A stretch of DNA of 64,000 bases from an uncultured Clostridia bacterium. Lineage in GTDB: Bacteria; Bacillota; Clostridia; Christensenellales; CAG-138. Numbering within the stretch: the stretch's first letter is position 1; each line of letters begins with the position of its first letter. The notes under the pieces are model-generated. The model made no database searches. It was not told the origin of the DNA and saw nothing but the letters and a program-made list of their open reading frames with translations. The stretch spans positions 34,000 through 97,999 of the forward strand of contig CAMOTD010000005.1 of assembly GCA_946625575.1 (NCBI GenBank). Direction: 5' to 3'. Shown piece by piece: positions 1 to 8,065 of this stretch. The translations under genes were made by a program, and so were the position numbers.

Positions 1-1395
1 CTGAATAAGTACAGCGGAGACGTTACAGATAATATTTCGACTGCCAAACGAAACGCCGGCATGAAAATATCGGCGCTCCGTTCCCAGGCTAGCAGGTACA
101 GTACGTATTCCGATAACTTGATCGGTCTAAGGGATGAATGCAAAAGCGTTGATAAAGCAGTCAAGAGCAAAGTTTCATCACTTACGGCGTCGTTTAAAAA
201 TGCCTACGGTATTCGCGACAGCAAGATCGAGAACGCTATCAACTATTTCTTTACTTCAATAGGCAATTCCACTGCGGTTGGCAGATGGATCAGTGGAGCA
301 AAGGATACTTTTAACAAGTATTCCAATTACATTAAGGACAGGATCAGGGAATGGTATAACTACGAAGGAGGGAAAGACCTGATAAAGGGAGTGCTTGTAG
401 GTTTTCTTGAGATCGCTATAGGTATTCTGTCTATCGTTGCCGCAGTTATAAGCGGCGCAGCGCTTATTGTGATAATTGCAGGAGTAATAGCCGGCGTTAT
501 CGCAGTCGCCAATGGTATTGTAAATATGTATAACGAGGGGAGAGCATATAATGCAACTCAACATGATGATCCTGCGACCGGCAAACGACTGAGCGCGGAG
601 AATACGATGCAGGATTTCCTGCGTGACGGAGATATTACGGACGAAAATGGCAGTGGGTTATTCGGCGTTAATGACCATGTCAAACTATCTCGCGGGATAG
701 CGAATACAATTGACGTTGTCAATTTTTGCTGTACTGTAATAACGGTAGTTAGCAGTGCCGGAAAGCTGCTTAAAAATGGATACAAATGGGCGACCGGAAG
801 CTCTGCTGCTCTTAAAGATATAACCATGAAAGACATTTTCTCTAAGGAATTCTTTAAGGGTATAGGATCCAAGTTCAGTAGTGGATTTAAGGATATTAAA
901 CTTGCGCTCAAGTTTAAAGATTGGTCGATAGTAAAAGACTTTGGGATTAGGCTTTTCAGTGATTTTAAATTCAACCTTAACAACAGATTCGCTAACTTTT
1001 CAGAATTTAAAAAGGGGGTTGGCACTGTAAAAAACATTTTAAGCGTTTCGAAGGATTTAATTAACGGCGGCTTTAACTTAAAGAATATAGCAAAAACGGG
1101 CTTTGAAAAGGTTGTAATACCTTGTGTGACTGTTTTTACGGTAACAAAGGATACGCCCGGTATAATTACCGGCAAAGACGGACAGTTATCATTTGATTTC
1201 TTTGATCGTGTTACCATTGATGATTTCTACGGGATCGCAGACAAGATCGGATCAAAAATAATAGGTTCGCCGGTATTTCAAAGCGAAAGCACCTTGAACG
1301 GGGGCGTGATGACCAAACTGGCTTCCTCGAGTAATATCAGCATTTCGATTCCTGAAATAACGATACCCGAGATACATGTTGAGTACGCGGTTTAG
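1..1395 (+). CDS. T7SS-associated polymorphic-toxin-like membrane protein, C-terminal part (5' end lies outside the window)
   Basis: Frame 1 is open from nt 1 (LNKYSGDV... precedes the Met at 61). A helical N-part is followed by a ~45-aa small-residue hairpin, GVLVGFLEIAIGILSIVAAVISGAALIVIIAGVIAGVIAVANGIV, with GxxxG/A spacing. Same strand and tight spacing with two WXG100 genes. Confidence 0.55.
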   Translation: MNKYSGDVTDNISTAKRNAGMKISALRSQASRYSTYSDNLIGLRDECKSVDKAVKSKVSSLTASFKNAYGIRDSKIENAINYFFTSIGNSTAVGRWISGAKDTFNKYSNYIKDRIREWYNYEGGKDLIKGVLVGFLEIAIGILSIVAAVISGAALIVIIAGVIAGVIAVANGIVNMYNEGRAYNATQHDDPATGKRLSAENTMQDFLRDGDITDENGSGLFGVNDHVKLSRGIANTIDVVNFCCTVITVVSSAGKLLKNGYKWATGSSAALKDITMKDIFSKEFFKGIGSKFSSGFKDIKLALKFKDWSIVKDFGIRLFSDFKFNLNNRFANFSEFKKGVGTVKNILSVSKDLINGGFNLKNIAKTGFEKVVIPCVTVFTVTKDTPGIITGKDGQLSFDFFDRVTIDDFYGIADKIGSKIIGSPVFQSESTLNGGVMTKLASSSNISISIPEITIPEIHVEYAV

Positions 1396-1405
1396 TTACA
1401 TAAGT

Positions 1406-1978
1406 ATGGAGCCGAACTATGTATTAAAAACGAATGAAGCGGTATTGATGCCACAAAAAGACAATAGCAAAATTCATAGAATAAAAGTAGCTGTATGGGT
1501 CATTGTCGCAGTAATTGTTATCGCCTCATTCGTGCTGGGAATAAGCGTTTTTTCTGAAATCAGCTGGACGGCACGCTGCTTGCTCATTGCTTTGGCAATT
1601 GGCACCTGCTTTATCGGCCCCAAAAGGGTTAACGTTCCATCGCCGATAGAACTGCAGTTTTTCGATGATTATCTGATACTATATCGTCCAAAACGCTACT
1701 ACAATGCCAGAGTAACAAGACGAGAGATAAACAGGATGTACTATTCAGAGATCTCAAAATGCTTGTTCAAGTCAGAGTCTCAAAGGCTGCATATTTACGG
1801 AACCGTTCATGCAAAATGGTTTAACTATAAAAAGGACGGGTCAATATGTGAAACCCCAACATATGATCGCGACGTAAAAGACACTTTGCTTTATATTAGC
1901 ACTCGATGTTCAGATGCAGATTTTGTTTCTGAGATCGAAAAACACAGTCCATTAACAGTATTAACTGAAAAAAACTAG
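1406..1978 (+). CDS. small 2-TM membrane protein, candidate immunity protein for the upstream ORF
   Basis: ORF-track 1376..1978; the Met at 1406 lies just past the upstream stop. Two hydrophobic helices (VAVWVIVAVIVIASFVLGISVF, CLLIALAIGTCFIG). Position directly after the toxin candidate. Confidence 0.45.
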   Translation: MEPNYVLKTNEAVLMPQKDNSKIHRIKVAVWVIVAVIVIASFVLGISVFSEISWTARCLLIALAIGTCFIGPKRVNVPSPIELQFFDDYLILYRPKRYYNARVTRREINRMYYSEISKCLFKSESQRLHIYGTVHAKWFNYKKDGSICETPTYDRDVKDTLLYISTRCSDADFVSEIEKHSPLTVLTEKN

Positions 1979-1989
1979 GAGGAAGAAAA

Positions 1990-3315
1990 ATGGAAATGAG
2001 CGAAACAAGGATCAATGCGCTTGATCTGAACCAGCAGGCAGCCATGCTGATTAAAACCGGTAATATTGAAGCTGCCAGAAAAAAACTCGATAGTGCTATT
2101 GAACTTGATCCCATGTTAAAGGATAGTTACAAAAACTATGGTGACCTTAATATGGCGATCAATGATTACCAGGAGGCAAAAAACAACTATAAAAAGGCTT
2201 TTCTAATTGAAAAAGATGGATTGCTGTATTTTCTGTATGGAAATGCTTGTTTCATGAAGGATGAGGTTCATGAGGGACTTGAGTATTATAATTTGGCAAT
2301 TGCCAATGGGTATGATGGCGAGGAAATGATGTTCTTCATGGGCATGGCATACGAGCACTTGAATGATGAACATATGGCACTGAGGTATTATCAGAAAGCA
2401 TGCCTAAAGAACCCCTCCAGGCCGGATTATATTGTTAAGAAGATATCGACTGAACTTCGTCTGGACATGATAGATTCCGCAGAACAGGACACAGATGAAC
2501 TGTTGAAGACGGCTCCGGAATTATACGATGGATACCATATAAAAACGCAGATCCTTATTCATAAAGGAGAGTATGATAAAGCAGCTTCCTTTGCAAAGGA
2601 GGCTTCCGATAGGTTTGCGGAGGACGCGGATCTACGGTACGATTATATTAAAGCTCTTGCTATGAAAAAGGACTTTAATACAGCGCTCACTCTAATTGAT
2701 CAAGCTGCACAGATGAAGTATTATGAGGATTCGAAGCTTCAATTCCTTATGTTAAAGGCAGAAATTCTGGCTGAGGATAATAAGTATGATGAAGCCATGG
2801 ATGTATGCAATAAGTGCATCGAATTGGAAACTGACGGTGAGATCAATAGCGAAGCCCGTTTTATGGCAATGAATTTGCACCTTGCAAAACCTGATTATGA
2901 GGAGTCTCTAAAGCAAGCGATTACATTGGTGAAGAATAATAAAGAGGATCTGTATTATTATGCCGCGTTGTATTATAAGGCATTCTGTTTAAAACAGCTT
3001 GAAAAAACTGAAGAAGCTGGTAAGGCATATAAGGAAGCTAACTCTATATATAGATTGCATACTTTAAGTAATCCCGCCGCTATCGATGTTTATCTCTACA
3101 GGGCAATGTGCCTGAAGGACCTTGAGGAATACGACAAATCTCTGGAGATACTCGACTTCATCCTTAATCTCGGCGTTGATATCGCCGAAGTTCATACTTT
3201 GAAGGCTGACGTATACGATTTGACCGGAAAGCATGGCGCAGCCGCACAGGAAAGGGAAAAAGCATATGCGCTTAAGCCCGAACTCAGGCCTGACGAGCAG
3301 AAAGCAGGTGAGTAA
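1990..3315 (+). CDS. tetratricopeptide (TPR) repeat protein
   Basis: GGAGG RBS. Repeated ~34-aa A/Y/L-patterned helices (e.g. YKNYGDLNMAINDYQEAKNNYKKAFLIE, GMAYEHLNDEHMALRYYQKACLKNP). Confidence 0.8.
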   Translation: MEMSETRINALDLNQQAAMLIKTGNIEAARKKLDSAIELDPMLKDSYKNYGDLNMAINDYQEAKNNYKKAFLIEKDGLLYFLYGNACFMKDEVHEGLEYYNLAIANGYDGEEMMFFMGMAYEHLNDEHMALRYYQKACLKNPSRPDYIVKKISTELRLDMIDSAEQDTDELLKTAPELYDGYHIKTQILIHKGEYDKAASFAKEASDRFAEDADLRYDYIKALAMKKDFNTALTLIDQAAQMKYYEDSKLQFLMLKAEILAEDNKYDEAMDVCNKCIELETDGEINSEARFMAMNLHLAKPDYEESLKQAITLVKNNKEDLYYYAALYYKAFCLKQLEKTEEAGKAYKEANSIYRLHTLSNPAAIDVYLYRAMCLKDLEEYDKSLEILDFILNLGVDIAEVHTLKADVYDLTGKHGAAAQEREKAYALKPELRPDEQKAGE

Positions 3316-3630
3316 ATGTCTCTCGCAACACAGGGAAACACAGATTTAGCGTTTAATACGGTCGATTTCAGGCAGCAGGGAGCTAAGTACGGCAATATTG
3401 CCGTATCGCTCAGAGATTTGGCAAAGCAGCTGGATGATTGCCTTACCGAATTAAAAAACAGCGGGTGGACAACTCCTGCCGGTACTGCATTCCAGAAGAT
3501 GGCTGAAACGAACTGGAAGGACAATATAAACAAGTATGCGGATTTGCTGGATACGTTAAAAGCTATTTTAGACGACGCGGCAACCAAATACGATGGTCTT
3601 AACACCAGTATTGAAGAAACAAAACTGTGA
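3316..3630 (+). CDS. WXG100-like small helical protein (EsxB or chaperone-like)
   Basis: 104 aa. ATG directly follows the TPR stop. Helix-turn-helix hairpin size with a central SGWTTPAG turn. Adjacent to an EsxA-like gene. Confidence 0.6.
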   Translation: MSLATQGNTDLAFNTVDFRQQGAKYGNIAVSLRDLAKQLDDCLTELKNSGWTTPAGTAFQKMAETNWKDNINKYADLLDTLKAILDDAATKYDGLNTSIEETKL

Positions 3631-3693
3631 ACAGGGCATTACAGCAATAGCTGATGCTATATAAAAAACAAAAAAAGAAAAGGAGAAAAAAAC

Positions 3694-3990
3694 ATGGCAA
3701 GCATTCGTGTAACCCCCGAAACTCTGAACGCTCAGGGAACTGATCTGATCGGTTATTCCAGCGATCTCGCAGACATCTTGAGCAGCATCGATTCCAAGAT
3801 CAATGAGATCATTGATGGTTGGGATGGCCTCGCTCAGGACGCATATTATGAGATGTATACCAACATGAAGCAGAGCTTGGATAAGTTCCCCGAGTTGGTA
3901 GACGCCCTTGGTCAGGCTACCGTTTCCTCTGCTGAGGCCTTCAGCAGCGTTGATGAGCAGCTCCAGAGCAGCTTCAAGTCGGCTCAGTAA
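3694..3990 (+). CDS. esxA: WXG100 family type VII secretion target (EsxA-like)
   Basis: 98 aa with a central W-D-G (WxG) motif in IIDGWDGLAQDAY and a C-terminal ...EQLQSSFKSAQ tail, as in firmicute EsxA. Strong AAGGAG RBS. Confidence 0.85.
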   Translation: MASIRVTPETLNAQGTDLIGYSSDLADILSSIDSKINEIIDGWDGLAQDAYYEMYTNMKQSLDKFPELVDALGQATVSSAEAFSSVDEQLQSSFKSAQ

Positions 3991-3998
3991 CCGATAAG

Positions 3999-4027
3999 AA
4001 AAAGGGTCCCAAGGGGCCCTTTTTTTG
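3999..4027 (+). terminator. intrinsic terminator after esxA
   Basis: AAAAAGGGTCC-CAAG-GGGCCCTTTTTTT: a GC stem flanked by an A-run and a T-run. Confidence 0.7.
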
Positions 4028-4230
4028 TTCTCCGTTTTTGATTTGTCCGGACGATGAACGCCCGGATGATGCAAATGTTATATCATGTATTACATGGGCG
4101 TGCAGCAATAATTATACGAAACACGTAGCGCTTGTTGATTAATCTGCAAAAAGGCATGGTCCCGGAAAAGGGAGAATAAGACGTATTTATACGCTTCATA
4201 AATATATTATCGATAATCGTTAATTTATGC

Positions 4231-4259
4231 TTGACAAACATAAATCAGCTGTGTATAAT
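4231..4259 (+). promoter_or_regulatory. consensus sigma-A type promoter
   Basis: TTGACA (4231-4236), 17-nt spacer, TGTG-extended TATAAT (4254-4259). About 60 nt upstream of the DUF2975 gene. Confidence 0.7.
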
Positions 4260-4270
4260 GGGTCCAACAG

Positions 4271-4287
4271 TTAACGATAAACGTTAA
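4271..4287. promoter_or_regulatory. palindromic operator candidate
   Basis: TTAACG-ATAAA-CGTTAA just downstream of the -10. A related ATCGTTAA sequence lies at 4215-4223. Confidence 0.45.
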
Positions 4288-4320
4288 CAAATTATCGAAA
4301 TCGGAAAGGAAAACAAAACC

Positions 4321-4926
4321 ATGGAAAGAACAAAGATAATGAAAACCGCAAAGATCGTCGACAGGATAATGAAGATCCTTCAGGGCTTTGCGATCGCCGG
4401 GATGATCGTCGCAGCCGTGCTTGCCGTATGCACCGCCTTCCTGGGAGATAAGATGATAGCGGACGCGTCTGTACTAAAGCTCGGTCCCGCAAAGCTGACC
4501 CTTGCCGGGGATATGGCGGAATACCTTGACAGGCCATGGGCGATCGGCAGCGTATTCGCCGATCTTGCCGCGCTGTTCACAGTATCCCTCGCGGCATGGT
4601 TCATCATGAGGGCGCTGCGCGGGATCCTCGCTCCCATGAAGGAGGGCGGGGTCTTTGCGGAGGGCGCCTCGAAGAACGTAAGGAAGCTCGCTCTCGCAGT
4701 GCTCATCGGCGGCGGGGCCGCGGAGTTCGTTTCCCGGATCGCCTACGTAATCGAGTTCAAGGCGTACAATGCGGACGTTATATTCAACCGCGCGATCGTT
4801 TCCGCGGTCGACGCCGGCAGCCGCTTGAGCCCCTGGTTCCTGATCACGGCGGGCATACTCTTCTTCCTGTCCTACGTATTCCGCTGCGGCGAAAAGCTGC
4901 AGAAGGAATCGGACGAGACACTGTGA
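4321..4926 (+). CDS. DUF2975-family membrane protein
   Basis: Four or more hydrophobic helices and the typical C-terminal ...GEKLQKESDETL ending. Followed 8 nt later by a YozG-type HTH gene, the usual pairing. Confidence 0.7.
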   Translation: MERTKIMKTAKIVDRIMKILQGFAIAGMIVAAVLAVCTAFLGDKMIADASVLKLGPAKLTLAGDMAEYLDRPWAIGSVFADLAALFTVSLAAWFIMRALRGILAPMKEGGVFAEGASKNVRKLALAVLIGGGAAEFVSRIAYVIEFKAYNADVIFNRAIVSAVDAGSRLSPWFLITAGILFFLSYVFRCGEKLQKESDETL

Positions 4927-4933
4927 GGCGGCT

Positions 4934-5167
4934 ATGGGAAAGATAATATTAAGGCTCGACCGCGTAATGGCGGACCGCAAGATCAGCTTGAAGGAGCTTT
5001 CGGAAAGGGTCGGCGTGTCGAACGTCAACCTTTCCAAGATGAAGACCGGCAGGATCAGCGCGATACGCTTCTCCACACTCGAAGCTATCTGCGAGGCGCT
5101 ATCCTGCCAGCCGGGCGACATACTGGAGTACGATCCGACCCTCGAAAGCGACGGGGAAGAGGACTAA
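4934..5167 (+). CDS. XRE/Cro-type HTH transcriptional regulator (YozG-like)
   Basis: LDRVMADRKISLKELSERVGVSNVNLSKMKTGRISAIRFSTLEAICEALSCQPGDILEY is the canonical short HTH_26-type sequence. Confidence 0.85.
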   Translation: MGKIILRLDRVMADRKISLKELSERVGVSNVNLSKMKTGRISAIRFSTLEAICEALSCQPGDILEYDPTLESDGEED

Positions 5168-5178
5168 CGCAGCGCAAC

Positions 5179-5212
5179 AAAAAAGCACTTGCCTGTAAAG
5201 CAAGTGCTTTTC
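5179..5212. terminator. bidirectional intrinsic terminator
   Basis: AAAAAGCACTTGC-ctgtaaa-GCAAGTGCTTTT between convergent genes. Confidence 0.75.
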
Positions 5213-5225
5213 GCGTTCTTACAGC

Positions 5226-5522
5226 TTATTCGATCGTGAGGATATCCGTAAACCCGGTGACCTCGAAGATCTCCATTATGGTATCGTTTGCATTGACGAC
5301 CCTCATTCCGCCGAGGCGGGACATTATCTTCTGGGCGAGGAGCATCACGCGGAGCCCCGCGGAGGAGATGTATTCGAGCTTTTCAAAATCGAACACCAGC
5401 TTTTCGACGCCGGTCAGCCCGTTTCTGATCTCATTCTCAAGCTCGGGAGCGGTAAGGGTATCGAGCCTTCCCTCAATGGAGAGGGTGAGCTCGTCTTCGT
5501 TAAGTGTGCGGTAAATATTCAT
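5226..5522 (-). CDS. STAS-domain anti-sigma-factor antagonist (SpoIIAA family)
   Basis: LTLSIEGRLDTLTAPELENEI...LEYISSAGLRVML is a STAS signature with a conserved phosphorylatable Ser context. Start chosen at MNIYRT because of the GGAAAGG RBS; the ORF track allows 5555. Confidence 0.85.
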   Translation of the reverse strand: MNIYRTLNEDELTLSIEGRLDTLTAPELENEIRNGLTGVEKLVFDFEKLEYISSAGLRVMLLAQKIMSRLGGMRVVNANDTIMEIFEVTGFTDILTIE

Positions 5523-5551
5523 TTCAATTTGCCTTTCCGACAGGTGTTCTG

Positions 5552-6163
5552 TCAAAAGTTCTTATCAACTTCGAGTTCGACCGAATTCCCGCGGATGAAT
5601 ACCTTAACTTCGTCCGCAAGATTTGCCATGATCGAGCGTTCAAGCTCATCCCACTCTTCGGGAGATTCCTGCTTATGCGCCTCAACCTTTTCACGGTAAG
5701 CCTTCATTGACCATCCCTCGAACATGGCGGCGGAGGTGTAGATCATTTCGGGATCGCAGCCGCCCGCTTCAACATAGGCGTAGCCGTATTCCGTAGGCAG
5801 TATAGCGCCGCTGGAATCGCGCAGCTTGAGTACGACGTCGCGGATCCTGCCCATAAAGCCCTTTGCGGCGTCGTTTTTTCCGGATGAGGAGGACTTCACG
5901 AGCTCGTTATAAGCCTCTTTGCCGACGCGCACGTCCGTTGCAAGGTGCAGGCTGAACGCCTTACCCTTGCTTTCGATCCAATAACGGTAATCGCCGCCGG
6001 TCACAATCGTGCGAAGCATACCGGTCATCTCCTCTGCGAGGAGCCTGAGCCTCAGCGCCTGCTTGGGTTCAAGTCCGCAGTAAACGGCGGCTTTCTCGGT
6101 TTCGGCAAGCGCCTCGCTTATGCCGTCGCCCGTTCCGAAAATCGTAATAACATCGGTTCTCAT
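5552..6163 (-). CDS. hypothetical protein co-transcribed with the STAS gene
   Basis: Start at MRTDV (GAAAGGAAA RBS); the stop abuts the STAS gene. The N-part (LRLRLLAEEMTGMLRTI...FSLHLATDVRVG) loosely resembles a degenerate GHKL anti-sigma kinase core, but N and G boxes are not evident. Confidence 0.55.
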   Translation of the reverse strand: MRTDVITIFGTGDGISEALAETEKAAVYCGLEPKQALRLRLLAEEMTGMLRTIVTGGDYRYWIESKGKAFSLHLATDVRVGKEAYNELVKSSSSGKNDAAKGFMGRIRDVVLKLRDSSGAILPTEYGYAYVEAGGCDPEMIYTSAAMFEGWSMKAYREKVEAHKQESPEEWDELERSIMANLADEVKVFIRGNSVELEVDKNF

Positions 6164-6434
6164 ACATTTCCTTTCTGCCGGGGATTGCCGCTGATAAAGC
6201 GCCAAGGTACCGCGTAGCTCCGGCTTGACGACCGCCCCGCCTGGGGGACGGATCACGATACGCTTGTTTTCAAATAATATAACACAGCTTTGTGAAAAAG
6301 TCCAGAAAAACATAAAACAAGAAATAACGCTGCTGCTCGCGTTATATTGACTTAAGCTGCGCGAAAGGTTAAAATGGATCGGGATATCATAAAAGAGCGG
6401 CTTCGTCAGCGCCGCTTAAAAACGGAGGTTCAGT

Positions 6435-7472
6435 ATGAATAAGGAGTTTTTGTTCGAGCTGTTGAAGACGGGTTCCGTATCCGGTAACGAGGCGGAGATC
6501 GAAAAAAAGATCTACGATTACATGCAGGATAAGGCGGACGAGGTCACCGTCGACGAAATGGGCAACGTGACCGCCGCGGTTAATCCCGGAGCCTCCTTCA
6601 AGGTGCTGCTCGCCGGTCACGCGGACGAGATAGGACTCATGGTGAGCGCAGTCGGCAGCGACGGCATGCTCATGGTAAGGAGGATAGGCGGTATTTATAC
6701 CACCGCATACCCGGGTCACAAGGTCAGGATCTATACGAAGAACGGCGTCATTTACGGCGCGGTAGCCAACTCGAGGGATATCGCCAAGAACAAGGACCTG
6801 GAGCCCTCCGCGCTGAGGATCGATATCGGAGCAAAGGATAAGGAGGACGCGCTCAAATACGTTGAGCTCGGAGATACCGTTTCTTTCGATACGGACTATC
6901 GCGAGCTGCTGAACGGGCTGATCACGGCAAGAGCGCTGGACGACCGCCTCGGCGCTTTCATAGTTATGGAAGCGGTCGCAAAGGCGAAGGAAAAGGGCGC
7001 ATCCGTCGGCTGCTATGCGGTGACCACCACCGGCGAGGAGACCACCGGCAGCGGCGGATATTTTGCGGGTTCCCGGGTGAGGCCCAATATCGCGATAGCT
7101 GTCGACGTGACCTATACCTCGGATAACTGCGGCATAAGCGACGCCGAAACGGGAGACGTCGCGGTCGGCAGGGGACCGGTCCTCTGCAACAATCCGTCGA
7201 TACATAAAAAGGTCAACGCATACCTTCGCGATGCGGCGGCAAAGCTTGATATGCAGGTCCAGACCGAGGCGGCAAGCGGACACACCGGCACCGACGGCGA
7301 TATCATGCACCGGACCGGCATGGGCGTGCCCTTCGCGCTCGTTTCCATCCCGCTCCGCTACATGCATAATCCCGCCGAGGTCGGCTCCTTAAACGACGTC
7401 CGTGACTGCATCGACCTTCTCGCCGAATTCCTTGTGAACTGCACGGAAAATATGGAACTGAAACCGTTCTGA
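6435..7472 (+). CDS. M42 family metallopeptidase (glutamyl aminopeptidase / FrvX-CelM type)
   Basis: SVSGNEAEI...VLLAGHADEIGLMV...ARALDDRLG...TTGEETT motifs typical of M42 peptidases. GGAGG RBS. Confidence 0.85.
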   Translation: MNKEFLFELLKTGSVSGNEAEIEKKIYDYMQDKADEVTVDEMGNVTAAVNPGASFKVLLAGHADEIGLMVSAVGSDGMLMVRRIGGIYTTAYPGHKVRIYTKNGVIYGAVANSRDIAKNKDLEPSALRIDIGAKDKEDALKYVELGDTVSFDTDYRELLNGLITARALDDRLGAFIVMEAVAKAKEKGASVGCYAVTTTGEETTGSGGYFAGSRVRPNIAIAVDVTYTSDNCGISDAETGDVAVGRGPVLCNNPSIHKKVNAYLRDAAAKLDMQVQTEAASGHTGTDGDIMHRTGMGVPFALVSIPLRYMHNPAEVGSLNDVRDCIDLLAEFLVNCTENMELKPF

Positions 7473-7474
7473 AA

Positions 7475-8037
7475 TGTCCTGTGACGGATAAAACACTGAC
7501 TTTTGGGAGTCCACAAAACTGTCCGGACGGTTCATTGTGTCCCTGTTTCCGGCTATATGTGAATTAAGCGGATTTATCGGACCAGCGGAGGAGGCGTTTG
7601 GCTTCCTCCGCCTTTTCACGCAGTATGAAATCGGTGAGTGTCTCGCCGGTCTCCTGCTTGAATTTCGCGGAAAGATACGGACGGCTCAGATAGAATTCTT
7701 CCGCCATTTTCTCCGTACTGATCGGTTCGCTTAAATGATGACGCACATAGCTCGCAATGTCGGCGGCAAGCCCGGTTGGCTGATGACCGAGATGCAGCTT
7801 TTCGACCTGTTCGGTGAATTCGAGTATCATGTTGTACTGCAGATTCATTATCTTGCCGTGCTCGGAAAGGAGCTCGACGCGCTGAATGTAGCCGTCGGAA
7901 AGCGTAAAGGCGTCCTCCTCCCTCATGCCGCCGACCTGCCGCCCGTTCTCCGCCTTTTTGCCGAAAAAGCAGTTGTTTGTTGACTCCGGGGCGCAAATGT
8001 GATAAATTACTATCGCAGGTTTATACGTAAAGCCGAT
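7475..8037 (-). pseudogene. decayed AraC-family regulator (N-terminally truncated, in-frame stop)
   Basis: ORF 7564..7926 carries the first AraC HTH (ISTEKMAEEFYLSRPYLSAKFKQETGETLTDFILREKAEEAKRLL). It ends at TAA 7564-7566. The same frame continues as ...GHNEPSGQFCGLPK..., a recognisable relic of the second HTH (GFNEPSYFCRLFK type). Upstream the frame is open only to ~8037, so most of the sensor domain is missing. Confidence 0.65.
7980..8008 (+). promoter_or_regulatory. putative promoter of the oxidoreductase-hyp operon
   Basis: TTGACT (7980-7985), 17 nt, TGa-extended TAAATT (8003-8008). Lies inside the AraC relic. Confidence 0.5.
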
Positions 8038-8065
8038 TATTTACAAAGAAAGATGGGGTACCGAT

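Noticed and set aside
4536-4946. 136-aa Arg-rich ORF and other alternative-frame ORFs over the DUF2975 gene.
   Set aside because: These are out-of-frame overlaps of a gene that has a good RBS, a membrane-protein profile and the characteristic C-terminal motif. Their composition is the R/G-rich kind typical of off-frame GC-rich sequence.
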